Positions 37,928 through 48,424 of a DNA stretch of 64,000 nucleotides are shown piece by piece (position 1 is the first letter of the stretch; each line of letters opens with the position of its first letter). The DNA comes from Alphaproteobacteria bacterium (GTDB lineage Bacteria > Pseudomonadota > Alphaproteobacteria > GCA-2731375), in the NCBI GenBank assembly GCA_965232515.1, contig CBDDPY010000002.1:4992001-5056000 (forward strand), in the 5' to 3' direction. Position numbers and translations under genes: made by a program. Below the pieces are notes generated by a model. The model was not told where the DNA came from. It saw nothing but the letters and a program-made list of their open reading frames with translations, and made no database searches.

Positions 37928-38507
37928 TGGCCCCTCGCTCCCCATCGATCGCCGATGTTCTAGCACGGGGGATACATGGGCCGAGCGAACGGGGCGGGCG
38001 GCAAATTGCCACCCTTACGGCCTCTCTTGTCGCTCTCGTCGTCGCCAAATTCGGAGATTGCGGCGTTTGGGGGTGGCCGCCGGCGGTGGGACGAGGGTGC
38101 CCCGGTGCCGGCGGCCGCGCCGCGCTAGGCTGGCCTGTAGCGCCGCCGCGCCCAACCAAGCTCTACCAGCCCGACGCCAAGAAGGTTGCGCATTGCAAGG
38201 TCGATCACGTCTGCCGCCCCGCCAATCCTGCGGTGTTTGTCGAGGCGACAAACGTCAAGCCCTCAACCGTTCCGCAATGTCGCAACCAACATGTACATAC
38301 GCTCGTCTTCAAAACCATGCTGCCAGGGCGCAGATGGGGCTGCTTGACAGCAATGTTCGATAAACTTGGCATTTTCGTTCAATTTTTTGCCGGTTTGTTG
38401 AACCTTCGGCTTTGCCGGCCGCCGCCGTTCGGCGCACAATTGGCGCTGGAGGGCGTGCGGGCGGTAGTCATCTCGACGATCCGCCTTGCGGGACGGGCGA
38501 CGTTGAC

Positions 38508-40109
38508 ATGCAGTTGGCGTTCGGTGATTGCGAGTTGGATCTGGCGCGTCGGGAGCTGCGCCGGGACGGCGCGGTCGTCCATATCAGAGCCAAGGTGTTC
38601 GAGGTCCTGAGCTACCTGATCGCCAACCGGGACCGGGTCGTGAACCGCGACGATCTCATGGCGCATGCCTGGCCCGGCCTGACCGTCAGCGACACCACGC
38701 TCAGCACCTGCATCCTGGCCGTGCGCCGCGCCATCGGCGACGACGTCAACGAGCCACGCTTCGTCAAGACCCTGCGCGGACAGGGCTTTCGCTTCATCGC
38801 CGATGTCACCGTCCTCGATGACGCCGAAACCGTGGCCAACCCGGCGCCGACGAGCGGCGACGCCGTCCATGCGCGCGAGGACAGCCTGTCGATCGCCGTC
38901 CTGCCGTTCGCCAACCTCAACAACGATCCCGACCTCGACCACCTGGCCGACGGGCTGGCCGAGGACATCATCACCGCGCTGTCGCGCTTCAAGGCCTTCA
39001 CGGTGATCGCCCGGAACTCCAGCTTCCTCTATCGCGGCCTCGCCAACGACATCCAGCGGATCGGCGCCGAGCTGCGGGTCGATTACGTGCTTGAAGGCAG
39101 CGTGCGGCAGGCCGGCGGCGTCCTGCGCGTGGCGGCGCAGCTGATCCACGCGGCCACGGCCAAGCACCTCTGGGCCGAACGTTTCGACGGCCGGATCGAC
39201 GATCTGTTGAGCTTGCAGGACGATATCTCGCGCCGGATCGTCACCAACATCGGGCCGGAAATCGATCAGGAAGAGATCCGCCGCGCGGCCGGCTTGCCCG
39301 CCGGCGATCTCCGGGCTCAGGAGATGGCCTGGCGGGCCCGGGCGCTGATCGACCGGGCCCGCGCCGAGGGCAATGCCGCGCTCGCTTTAGAGGGCATGGA
39401 GCTGGCCGAGGCCGCCGCCGAGCGCGATCCGCAATGCCGCCAGGCCTGGTGGACGATCACGTTCGTCAACTACACCCGCGCCTTCGCCGGTCACGGGCCC
39501 GATCAGTCGGCGTTGCTGAAGCGCGCGCGCGAGGCGGCCGAAAAACTCCGGGCGCTCGATCGCAACGATCACAGCGCCTACATGTCGCTCGGCTGGATCA
39601 GTTACATCGAGCAGGACTTCGAGCGCGCCATGTCCTATCTCGATCAGGCGCTGACGCTCAATCCCAACTGCACCATGACTTTGATGCTGACCGGCGTCAT
39701 CGCCATGCGGAACGGCTCGCCTGAAGCCGGCTACGACTATCTCGCCCAGGCGATGCGGTTGAGCCCGCGCGACACCTTTCTGGGCTTCATGCTCGCGGCC
39801 CAGGCCGTCATCTGTTACGCGCTCGGCCGGTTTGATGAGGGCGTCGACCTGGCGCGGCGGGCGATCCAGCGCGAGCCGCACGCGCCGGCCAACCACGCCA
39901 TCCTGGCCGCCTGTCTCATGGAGACCGGCGATATCGCGCAGGCCGGCGCCGCGATCCGGGCCCAGCGCCGGATCAACGAGACGCTCCTGCAGCTCTATCT
40001 CGAGGGCAAACGCCTGCCGTTCAAGGACGCGCATCTGAACGAACGTTATCTCGCCGCCCTGCGCCGCGCCACCGATGCCGCCCACGACCCATCCGACGAA
40101 GTGGGATAG
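38508..40109 (+). CDS. OmpR-type winged-helix + TolB-like + TPR regulator
   Basis: FGDCELD...VRRAIGD...TLRGQGFRF wHTH; SIAVLPFANL...DYVLEGSVR; TPR-like C-terminus. Confidence 0.88.
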   Translation: MQLAFGDCELDLARRELRRDGAVVHIRAKVFEVLSYLIANRDRVVNRDDLMAHAWPGLTVSDTTLSTCILAVRRAIGDDVNEPRFVKTLRGQGFRFIADVTVLDDAETVANPAPTSGDAVHAREDSLSIAVLPFANLNNDPDLDHLADGLAEDIITALSRFKAFTVIARNSSFLYRGLANDIQRIGAELRVDYVLEGSVRQAGGVLRVAAQLIHAATAKHLWAERFDGRIDDLLSLQDDISRRIVTNIGPEIDQEEIRRAAGLPAGDLRAQEMAWRARALIDRARAEGNAALALEGMELAEAAAERDPQCRQAWWTITFVNYTRAFAGHGPDQSALLKRAREAAEKLRALDRNDHSAYMSLGWISYIEQDFERAMSYLDQALTLNPNCTMTLMLTGVIAMRNGSPEAGYDYLAQAMRLSPRDTFLGFMLAAQAVICYALGRFDEGVDLARRAIQREPHAPANHAILAACLMETGDIAQAGAAIRAQRRINETLLQLYLEGKRLPFKDAHLNERYLAALRRATDAAHDPSDEVG

Positions 40110-40188
40110 GTCACCGTTCTGCCCGGCGCCTCACGGTAGGTTCGTCGAACGGCGCCAATGGCCGTGGTTGCACAAGGGCGGATGGACC

Positions 40189-40590
40189 ATGCCTTCGACA
40201 TCGCTTGCCGATTATCAGGTGCTGAGCGACACCGACTCCACGCTCGACGCGAACGGACCGGGCGATGACAGCCAATCCTTTACATTCGACGTGCCGGACG
40301 ACCTGACCACGTCGACAAGCGGCGCGCGCAAGGCCATCGTCACCTTCAAGTTCCGCCCCATCGAGGACAGTCAGATCCGCATGCAGTTTCACGGCGCCGA
40401 GCTGTTCGACATCAACTTCGACCGCAGTATCACGCGCATGCACTGCGAGACCTTCGACATCGGCGAGATCCTGCTGCAGGACTTCGGCCAGGGCTCGAGC
40501 CTGCCGACGTCGACGCAGTTCGTCGTCGAGGTCGTGTCCGGCCGCGTCAAGTTCGGCGATATCGTCGTTTGGTACCAGATCAACCGCTGA
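40189..40590 (+). CDS. Hypothetical acidic, beta-rich protein
   Basis: 133 aa, strong GC3 bias, ends GDIVVWYQINR. Confidence 0.65.
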   Translation: MPSTSLADYQVLSDTDSTLDANGPGDDSQSFTFDVPDDLTTSTSGARKAIVTFKFRPIEDSQIRMQFHGAELFDINFDRSITRMHCETFDIGEILLQDFGQGSSLPTSTQFVVEVVSGRVKFGDIVVWYQINR

Positions 40591-40595
40591 TCGGA

Positions 40596-41012
40596 CTACG
40601 CCCAGCCGAGCGCGCGGGTGGCCCAGCCGGCGTTCCAGATCTTGGTCATGTGCTTGATCCGGTCGCCGTCGAAGTCCATCACGTAGACATAGTCCGAGGC
40701 CACGCGCTTGCCGGTGGCCGGCACCGGCCCGCCGTCGCCCGTGTGCGTGCCGGAAAACACCGCATAGCCCGAGACATTGCCGCGGGCCTCGTCGACGGCG
40801 AACGATTTCACCTCGTAGCTGCCGTCCGGCATCAGGACCAGCAGGCCCTGCATCCAATCAGCATATTCCGACAGCGTGCGCATCTCGGCCAGCGGCTCCG
40901 CCTGCGAGGAGAACGTGGCGTCGGGCGCGCAATATTGGCGGCAGCCCTCCCATCCCCTTCCGGTCTCACACGCATCGAAAAAGTCCTTCGCGATCTCTTC
41001 CATCGAGGCCAT
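40596..41012 (-). CDS. SnoaL-like/ester cyclase (NTF2 fold) protein
   Basis: GTHTG.GGPVPATGK motif; GAGGGAG RBS. Confidence 0.85.
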   Translation of the reverse strand: MASMEEIAKDFFDACETGRGWEGCRQYCAPDATFSSQAEPLAEMRTLSEYADWMQGLLVLMPDGSYEVKSFAVDEARGNVSGYAVFSGTHTGDGGPVPATGKRVASDYVYVMDFDGDRIKHMTKIWNAGWATRALGWA

Positions 41013-41172
41013 TTCGGCTCCCTCCGTCATGCGATGGTCGTCAGCCGGCCGCGCGCCGACCGGCATCTGCTAAACTGCGTACGCGATATCATCTCGATCG
41101 TCCCTCCGGGCAGCGAGGATAGCGCGGCCGCCGTTTCCGGAGAAGCGGTGCGCGGTTTAGCGGGGGTCAGGC

Positions 41173-43140
41173 ATGGATCGCAGTTGGATTTGCGGGATCG
41201 CCGCTCTGTGCGCCGCGCTCATCTGCGGCGACGCCTTGGCGCAGCCGGGGCCGATGCAGGCGGTGCTGAACGACGCCGGCCGTTCGACCGACTGGCTGCA
41301 CGTCAACCACGACTATGCCGGACAGCGCTTCGTCGACATCGACCTGATCGACCGCGAGAACGTCGCCGGTCTCGCGCCCGTCTGCCATTTCGAGATCGAA
41401 TTCAAAAAGGCTTTCTATGCGGCCCCGGTCGTCCATGGTGGCGTCCTCTACGTGACGACAACCCTTGAGACGATCGCCCTCGACGCGGCGAGCTGCGAAC
41501 TGCGCTGGCGTCATGTCTGGACGCTGAAGGCCAAGCGCGGCTGGTCGCCGAACCGCGGCGTCGCGCTCAAGGCCGGCCTCGTCGTGCGCGGCACCACTGA
41601 CGGCTATCTGCTGGCGCTCAACGCCGCAAACGGCAAACCGGTCTGGGATCGCCGGATCGCCGACTCGGAAGCCGGCGAAACGCTGACCATGCCGCCGCTG
41701 ATCTTCGAAGATCTGATCCTCATCGCGCCCGCCGGCAGTGAGCACGCCATCAAAGGCTGGGTCGGCGCGTTTCGCTTGGACGACGGCGAACCGGTCTGGC
41801 GCGCCAACGTCGTGCCGGCGGCCGGCGAGCCCGGCGCCGAGACCTGGCGCAACGACCCCGACCGCGTGGTCGGCGGCGGCGGCATCTGGACGCCGCTGTC
41901 GCTCGACATCGAGACCGGCACCGTCTTCGTACCCGTCGGCAATCCGGCGCCCGATTTCTTCGGCGAGGCCCGGCCCGGCGACAATCTTTATACCAACGCT
42001 GTCGTCGCGCTCGACGTCCATACCGGCGAGCGGCGCTGGCACTACCAGACCGTGCCGCACGACATCCATGACTGGGATCTGACCCAATCGAGCCCGATAT
42101 TCTCGGCCACGGTCGATGGCAAGCCGCGCGATCTCGTCGTCAGCGTCGGTAAGGAAGGCGTGCTGCGCGCGCTCGACCGGGACACCGGCGTCCTTGTCTA
42201 CGAGTTGCCGGTGACAACGCAGAAGAACGTTGACAAGCCACTGACCCACGAAGGCGTGCACGCCTGTCCGGGCGTGCTCGGTGGCGTGCAGTGGAACGGA
42301 CCCGCCTACCATCCCGGCCTCGACCTGCTCGTCGTGCCGTCGGTCGATTGGTGCGGGACCTACAACAAGCACATCGACGCCAACTACCGGCCGGGCCAGG
42401 AATATATGGGCGGCGGCTTTCGCTACGATCCGCTCGAAGAGGCGCATGGCTGGCTCACCGCCATCGATGCCGGCACCGGCGCCGTCCGCTGGCGCTACCG
42501 CTCCGACCGTCCCATGCTGGCGGGCGTCACCGCCACGTCGGCCGGCCTGATTTTCACCGGCGAGCTCACCGGCCACGTCCTGGCGCTCGACGCCCGCGAC
42601 GGCACGATGCTCTATCGCCACGACCTCCGCGCGCCGCTCGCCGGCGGCGTCGTCACCTACACGACCGGCGGCCGGCAATACCTGGCCGTCGTCTCCGGCA
42701 CCGCGACAGGCTTCTGGCGCGTTCCCCTCCGGCCGGCGCGAGTCACGGTCTTCGCGCTGGCGGCGCCGGCCTGGCGAGCGGAGCTGATCGCCGACGGCTG
42801 GGTCGAAATCAAACGCAAGCTCACCGACTTCACCGACCACACCTGGTATGGCAGTCGTCATAAGCTCCGCAACACCGAGGGCTGGATCTACTACCTGCGA
42901 CCCGATGGCCGCACCAGCGTGCTCAGATCGCCGGACGGCAAGACCTACATCGACCACCGGCGGGAAGGCGAGGGCGGCCGCATTTGCAGCCGCATCGCCG
43001 GCCTGCGCGGCGGCCGCGAAGTCTGCGGCAACACGCTCTGGCACCGCGGCGACCTCTACATCTTCACCGACCCCACCGGCCAGGTCATCCACGCCTGGAC
43101 CTGGCAGAAAGGCAACCCCGAAGGTTTCGCCCCGGAATAG
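41173..43140 (+). CDS. Periplasmic PQQ-dependent dehydrogenase family protein with an extra C-terminal domain
   Basis: Signal peptide, NRGVAL, ALNA..G..VW repeats, GNPAPD, PGDNLYTN, PHDIHDWD, CPG.LGG.QW. Confidence 0.85.
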   Translation: MDRSWICGIAALCAALICGDALAQPGPMQAVLNDAGRSTDWLHVNHDYAGQRFVDIDLIDRENVAGLAPVCHFEIEFKKAFYAAPVVHGGVLYVTTTLETIALDAASCELRWRHVWTLKAKRGWSPNRGVALKAGLVVRGTTDGYLLALNAANGKPVWDRRIADSEAGETLTMPPLIFEDLILIAPAGSEHAIKGWVGAFRLDDGEPVWRANVVPAAGEPGAETWRNDPDRVVGGGGIWTPLSLDIETGTVFVPVGNPAPDFFGEARPGDNLYTNAVVALDVHTGERRWHYQTVPHDIHDWDLTQSSPIFSATVDGKPRDLVVSVGKEGVLRALDRDTGVLVYELPVTTQKNVDKPLTHEGVHACPGVLGGVQWNGPAYHPGLDLLVVPSVDWCGTYNKHIDANYRPGQEYMGGGFRYDPLEEAHGWLTAIDAGTGAVRWRYRSDRPMLAGVTATSAGLIFTGELTGHVLALDARDGTMLYRHDLRAPLAGGVVTYTTGGRQYLAVVSGTATGFWRVPLRPARVTVFALAAPAWRAELIADGWVEIKRKLTDFTDHTWYGSRHKLRNTEGWIYYLRPDGRTSVLRSPDGKTYIDHRREGEGGRICSRIAGLRGGREVCGNTLWHRGDLYIFTDPTGQVIHAWTWQKGNPEGFAPE

Positions 43141-43155
43141 CCCGGCGCAACCGGC

Positions 43156-43281
43156 CGCGATCGCCTGCCCTTCGAGACACGCCCTTGCGGGCGTTCCTCA
43201 GGGTGAGGTCAGAACTCGATATCGAGTGCCGCCCTCATCCTGAGGAGGGCTGAAAGCCCGTCTCGAAGGATGCGATATCGG
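43156..43281. repeat. REP/RIME-like inverted doublet, copy 1
   Basis: CCTTCGAGAC...CCTCAGGGTGAGG and CCTCATCCTGAGGAG...GTCTCGAAGG inverted arms around a central palindrome ACTCGATATCGAGT. Confidence 0.8.
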
Positions 43282-43305
43282 TCCGCGGCCGCGCCGCCCG
43301 GCCGC

Positions 43306-46284
43306 TCACTCGAGTTCGCGCACCACCCGCAGGCCGGCATGGCGGTCGGTTGCGCCGCCGCTCAGGCCGGCGTTGAGGTGCCGGCCGCGATAGCCGGACT
43401 GGATTGCCGCCGGGCCGTCCGCGGCCGAACCGCCGCGCAGTAGACGCTGTGCGCATTTGCCGCCGCGGTGCGGCGCACCGTAGCGCGGCATGGCCGCGAG
43501 GGTCTCGTTCCAGCAGTCGTCCACCCATTCAGACGCGTTGCCGAGCATGTCGTGAAGGCCGAAGGCGTTGGCCGCGAAGCTGCCGACTGGCGCCGTCTCG
43601 GCGAAGCCGTCGTCGCAGGCATGGATGCCTGCGTCATCGCCACCCCGGCTGCGGTCGGCGACGTTGGCGAAGCGGCAGGCCGTGGCCGGATCGTCGCCCC
43701 AATAGCGCGTCGTGTCGGTGCCGGCGCGCGCGGCGTATTCCCACTCCGCCTCGCTCGGCAGGCGATAGCGCTGGCCGGTCTTTTCCGAGAGCCAGCGCGC
43801 GTAATTCAGTCCCTCCCGCCAATGCACCACGACGACCGGCCGCTTGCCCCGGCCCCAGCCGTTGTCCCGGCCGTCGCGACAGGCGCCGTCTTCGACGCAA
43901 GCCGCCCATTCGTCGAAGGTGACCTCATACTTGCCGATGGCGAACGCGCGCGGGATCGTTACCTCGACGGCCGCCGCGTCCATACCCATGGCAATCCGGC
44001 CCGGCGGCAGCACCACCATCTCCGGGCAATCCGCGCAGTCCCGGATGGTCTGACCGGCTGCGAAACCCGGCGCGGTATGGCCCGTCGCGGCAGCGGCCAG
44101 ATGCGCGCTCGGCACGAAACCGAGCGCCACATCGTCTTGCGCGACCGCCGTCCACTCGCCGTCGGCCGTGCGCAGCGTCGCCGTGACGATGTCGCCGGCC
44201 CGCAGCCGGCCCAGCTTCGGCGCCGCGTCGGTCGGCGCCAGCCGGCGTTCGGTATCGGCGGTCACCACGTGCGCGGCGCCGGAGAGTGCCGTCAACGCCG
44301 CCGGCGTCGCCACATAGGGCGAGGGCGGCGTCGGCAGGCTGCCCGCGGCCGCGACCCGCGCGCCGGCCGGCAGCCGTGCGCCGTCCAGCACGCGCACGAG
44401 CCGAAAACCGATTCCGGCCTGCGGCCGGTCGGCGGCCTGGCCGCGCCGCGCCGTCAGCCGGAGCGCCAACGGACCGTCGGCCCAGCCGCCGCCGCGAACC
44501 GTGCGGCCGCGGCAGTCGGTCGCGTCTCGGGCCGCACCGCTTGACCCGGCGTCGAGATAGTCGTCGTGCCAGCAGTCCGCCACCCATTCCGCCGCGTTGC
44601 CCAGCATGTCGTGCAGGCCAAAGCCGTTCGGCTCGAAGCTGCCGGTCGGTGCCGTGCGGCGAAAGTCGTCCCGGCAGCCGTGCAGTTGCCGTCCCTCGAA
44701 CCAATAGTCGTTCGCGTGCGACAGGTCGGCGCCGTTCGCATGCGCGCAGGCCCGATCGGCGTCATAGCCCCAGGGCCGGGGCGTGACCGCGCCGGCGCGT
44801 GCGGCATACTCCCATTCCGCCTCGCTCGGCAGGCGGTAGCGCTGGCGGGTCTCGCGGCTCAGCCATTGGGCGTATTGTCGGGCCGTGCGCCAGCTCACGC
44901 AGACCACGGGGTCGGCGTTCGACTGGTCGAAGCCGGGAAATTGCCGGCCGAAGGCCCGTTCGCGCCAGCCGCCGTCGGCCCAGACCGAACACCAGGGATC
45001 GCGGACGCCGCCCTGCGCTTCGGCGAAGCGCTCGAACTCGGCCCGGCTGACTTCGTATTTCGCCATCGCGAAGGCCGCGCCGACGACCACGTCGTGCTGC
45101 GGCCGCTCCTCGGGGCCGGCCTCCGGCAGGTCCGGGGCGGCGCCCATGGCGAACCGGCCGGGCGGGATCACCACCATCTCCGGACAATCGTCGCAATCTC
45201 GGAAGCCGGTCCCGGCGGTGAGCCCGCTGTCGTCGCGCGCCGTCACGCCGGCCGATGGCGTCGTCGGCCGGTTCAGCGCGGCGAGCCGAATGCGCGCCAG
45301 TGCCGCGAAGGTGCCGTCGGGAAACTGCGTCAGGTAGGCCTCGAAATCGGCCGGCCGGTCGCTGTTCTGGATCGTCTGCCAGAACGCCGTCTCCAGCGCC
45401 GCGCGCCCGGCCGGGTCCGTGGGCGTCGCCGGAACCGCCGCTGTCTCCGTCTCGTCCGCAGCGCCCGGCAGGCGCTGGCCCTGCGGCACGAACAGGAACT
45501 CGCCGCCCTCGTGCCCGGCCTTGCGGATGTCGGAATAGGCGGGCGTCTGATCGGCGTTGACGACGACGCCGCGGCTGATCCGGCCGAAGAGGGCGCTGCC
45601 CTCGATGATCTCGGCGTTCGCCCTGAGCGCTTTCAGCAGCGCGCCCGCGAACACCGAATGGCCGCCGCCGCCCGCGTCCACCACCGGCTCCAGCCCGCCC
45701 GATGTGATCGCCGTGCGCGAGCGGATCTCGGCCATGCGCGTCAGCCAGGCGTTGCGCTCGCGGCCCGTCGCGGGCGCTGCCTGCGCGTCGCGCACCAGCG
45801 TCCCGGAATAGCAGGAATCGGCGATCACCATCACGTGCCGCGCCGTCATGCCGCGCAGATGCCGGCTGATAGCCTCGTTCGGCACCCAGTTCAGGTCGCT
45901 GTCCGGCTCGGCGTCGACCGGCAGCCAGTAGCCGGTGTCGGTCGCGCGGTCGAGCGTGCCGTGACCGGCGTAATAAACCAGCAGGTTGTCGTTCTCGGTC
46001 AGCTCGGCCCGGAAACGGTTGAAGGCGCGCAGGATGTCGGCCCGCGTCGCGTCCTTCAGCAACGTGACGGTATAGCCGTACTTCTCCCGCAACAGCTCGG
46101 CCATGGCCGTCGCGTCATTGACCGCCGTTTCCAGCTTCGGCAGGTGCTGGTAGTCGTTGTTGCCGATGACCAGCGCATGGTAGCGCCCGAAGTCGTTCGC
46201 CGCGGACGCGCCCGCCGACAGCAGCGCGACGGCCACAGCCAGACACCGCACCGCCCGCAACCACCGTCGGTTTCCGCAATACAT
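43306..46284 (-). CDS. Secreted caspase-like (peptidase C14) protein with two FGE-sulfatase (SUMF1) domains
   Basis: Signal peptide; ALVIGN..Y, YYAGHG and ADSCYSG dyad; two copies of C.DCPEMV, RLPSEAEWEYAARAG and GLHDMLGN. Confidence 0.9.
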   Translation of the reverse strand: MYCGNRRWLRAVRCLAVAVALLSAGASAANDFGRYHALVIGNNDYQHLPKLETAVNDATAMAELLREKYGYTVTLLKDATRADILRAFNRFRAELTENDNLLVYYAGHGTLDRATDTGYWLPVDAEPDSDLNWVPNEAISRHLRGMTARHVMVIADSCYSGTLVRDAQAAPATGRERNAWLTRMAEIRSRTAITSGGLEPVVDAGGGGHSVFAGALLKALRANAEIIEGSALFGRISRGVVVNADQTPAYSDIRKAGHEGGEFLFVPQGQRLPGAADETETAAVPATPTDPAGRAALETAFWQTIQNSDRPADFEAYLTQFPDGTFAALARIRLAALNRPTTPSAGVTARDDSGLTAGTGFRDCDDCPEMVVIPPGRFAMGAAPDLPEAGPEERPQHDVVVGAAFAMAKYEVSRAEFERFAEAQGGVRDPWCSVWADGGWRERAFGRQFPGFDQSNADPVVCVSWRTARQYAQWLSRETRQRYRLPSEAEWEYAARAGAVTPRPWGYDADRACAHANGADLSHANDYWFEGRQLHGCRDDFRRTAPTGSFEPNGFGLHDMLGNAAEWVADCWHDDYLDAGSSGAARDATDCRGRTVRGGGWADGPLALRLTARRGQAADRPQAGIGFRLVRVLDGARLPAGARVAAAGSLPTPPSPYVATPAALTALSGAAHVVTADTERRLAPTDAAPKLGRLRAGDIVTATLRTADGEWTAVAQDDVALGFVPSAHLAAAATGHTAPGFAAGQTIRDCADCPEMVVLPPGRIAMGMDAAAVEVTIPRAFAIGKYEVTFDEWAACVEDGACRDGRDNGWGRGKRPVVVVHWREGLNYARWLSEKTGQRYRLPSEAEWEYAARAGTDTTRYWGDDPATACRFANVADRSRGGDDAGIHACDDGFAETAPVGSFAANAFGLHDMLGNASEWVDDCWNETLAAMPRYGAPHRGGKCAQRLLRGGSAADGPAAIQSGYRGRHLNAGLSGGATDRHAGLRVVRELE

Positions 46285-46355
46285 GCCGGAAGTGTAGCTG
46301 TTTCGTCTCCACGCTCAATGGCACGAATACGACTGCGAAGCGGTTCTAGTCGGCG

Positions 46356-46480
46356 CGCGATCGCCAGCCTTCGAGACGCGGCTTCGCCGCTCCTCAGGCT
46401 GAGGCATGCTTTGGTATCAACTCACGGCCTCATGCTGAGGAGCGGTCCGCTGGACCGCGTCTCGACGCATGCGATATCGG
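46356..46480. repeat. REP/RIME-like inverted doublet, copy 2
   Basis: Same arms and the same outer flanks (CGCGATCGCC...ATGCGATATCGG) as copy 1, with a different spacer. Confidence 0.8.
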
Positions 46481-46634
46481 GCGCGGGCTGTGCCATCCGG
46501 CCGCCCCAGGCCGCGACTGCGGCCCGCCGGTCGTCCGGCCCGTCCTCCGCAGCAGCGGCGCTGCCGCTGCGGAGGGTGGACGCGCCCGCGCAGGCGCGGA
46601 CCGTCAGGTCCGCTGTCGTGAGCGCAAAAAGACG

Positions 46635-48161
46635 CTATTCGTAGACGAGCGTCCCATCTTCCAGGTCGGCGGCGGGGATCTCGGTCTTTTCGGTCTCGTA
46701 GTCCTGGCTGAAGATCCAGGGCTCGCGGTCGCCCTGCTTCGGCATCAGGTGCATCTTGCGCACGAGGTAACCGGCGTTGAAGTTCTCGTCCTCGATGAAC
46801 GGCTTCGCCGGCATGTCTTTGTCTTCCTCGCGCAATTGCGGCACCACCATCCGGGCGCCCTTGGCGTCCATGTGGTTCAGCAGCCGGCAGACGAATTCCG
46901 AGACCATGTCGGCCCGCATGGTCCAGCTCGCGCGCAGATAGCCGAACACCCAGGCCATGTTCGGGATGCCCGTGAACATGATGCCGCGATGGCCCCAGCA
47001 GTCGGCGAAGTTCAGCCGCTCGCCGTCGATGACGAAGTCGATATCGCCCAGTGCCGACATGTTGAAGCCGGTGGCCGTGACGATGATGTCGGCATCCAGG
47101 TGCTGGCCCGAGGCGAGCTGGATGCCCGTCTCGGTGAAGCTCTCGATCTGGTCCGTCACCACCGAGGCCTTGCCGGCCCGCATGGCTTTGAACAGGTCGC
47201 CGTCCGGCACCACGGCCAGACGCTGCCGCCAGGGCCGGTAGCTCGGCGTGAAATGCGTCTCGATGTCGAAGTCGTCGCCCAGATAGGCGCGCGCGCCGGC
47301 GATCAGTTCCTGGCGCAGCGCGTCAGGCTCCTCGAACGACCGGCGAATAACGGTGTTCTGATCGAACAGGATCTTGCGCCGGACGATCTCGTGCGTCCAT
47401 TCGTCGGGCACGTCCAGCTCGCGCAGCATGTCCGCGACCTCGTTGCTGTTCGGCCGCGGGTAAAAATACGTCGGCGAGCGCTGCAGCATGGTGACATGCG
47501 CGCAATCGCCGGCCATGGCCGGGATCATCGTCGCCGCCGTCGCGCCCGAGCCGATGACGACGACGTTCTTGTCCTTGTAGTCCAGATCCTCGGGCCAGGT
47601 CTGCGGGTGCACCACCGGTCCCTTGAACCGGTCCCTGCCTGGGAAGTCCGGCGTATAGCCCTCCGAATGCCGGTAATAGCCCTGGCACATCCACAGGAAG
47701 TCGCCGGTGAAGCGCTGGACCTCGTCGCCGCCGCCGTTTTCGCCCGTGCGTCGCACCTCCAGCGTCCAGCGTTTGTCTTCGCCCGACCAGTTCGCGGTCA
47801 TTACCTGGTGGCTGTAGCGGATGTGCCGGCGGATATCCTGCTCGTCCAGCGCCTCGTCGAGGTATTTCAGGATCTCTTCGGCCGTGGCGATCGGCACGCC
47901 CTTCCAGGGCTTCCACTTGTAGCCGAAGGTGAACAGGTCGCTGTCCGAGCGGATGCCCGGAAACTTGTGCGTGCGCCAGGTCCCGCCGAAGCCGTCTTGC
48001 GTCTCCAGCAGCACGAAGCGCCGCTCCGGGCACTGCTGCTGCAGGTGATAGGCCGCATCGATCCCGGAAATCCCGGCCCCGACGATCAGCACATCGAAAT
48101 GCTCGGCCGCCTGGTCCACCGCTTGCGCCGCACCCGGCTGCGTCTCCACGCCAATATTCAT
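46635..48161 (-). CDS. Flavin-containing (Baeyer-Villiger, EthA-like) monooxygenase
   Basis: GAGISG, GGTW...PGIRSDSD, F.G.VVHPQTWP, GSGATA, LQRSPTY, TATG. Confidence 0.92.
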   Translation of the reverse strand: MNIGVETQPGAAQAVDQAAEHFDVLIVGAGISGIDAAYHLQQQCPERRFVLLETQDGFGGTWRTHKFPGIRSDSDLFTFGYKWKPWKGVPIATAEEILKYLDEALDEQDIRRHIRYSHQVMTANWSGEDKRWTLEVRRTGENGGGDEVQRFTGDFLWMCQGYYRHSEGYTPDFPGRDRFKGPVVHPQTWPEDLDYKDKNVVVIGSGATAATMIPAMAGDCAHVTMLQRSPTYFYPRPNSNEVADMLRELDVPDEWTHEIVRRKILFDQNTVIRRSFEEPDALRQELIAGARAYLGDDFDIETHFTPSYRPWRQRLAVVPDGDLFKAMRAGKASVVTDQIESFTETGIQLASGQHLDADIIVTATGFNMSALGDIDFVIDGERLNFADCWGHRGIMFTGIPNMAWVFGYLRASWTMRADMVSEFVCRLLNHMDAKGARMVVPQLREEDKDMPAKPFIEDENFNAGYLVRKMHLMPKQGDREPWIFSQDYETEKTEIPAADLEDGTLVYE

Positions 48162-48424
48162 CGACCCCTCAGCCCTCTCTCGCCGTCACACCGACCGCCG
48201 CCCCGCGTCAGGGCAGCGGTGATGACGGAGTATACCGGAGAATCCGTCAGGCAGGCCTGCGACAAAGACGACCGGCGGCGGTCACACGGCAGACTCTCTG
48301 TGATCCCGTTCATAGAACGCGCCACCGCCCAGGGCTTTGCTGTTAACCACGAATATGTTGGCCGCCGGCGCGGCGATCCGAACCGCGACGCAGGCGGCCG
48401 CCGGTTATCGGGAAGGAGTAAGCC

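Noticed and set aside
37930-38505. Long, partly AT-richer spacer between lysE and the wHTH regulator as a hidden gene or ncRNA
   Set aside because: No ORF with credible codon usage or RBS and no recognisable RNA motif.
42055-42085. Lanthanide-dependence call from the D-W-D motif of the PQQ enzyme
   Set aside because: The D-x-D pattern is diagnostic only within the methanol/ethanol dehydrogenase clades and also occurs in glucose-dehydrogenase-like enzymes; this protein is too divergent.
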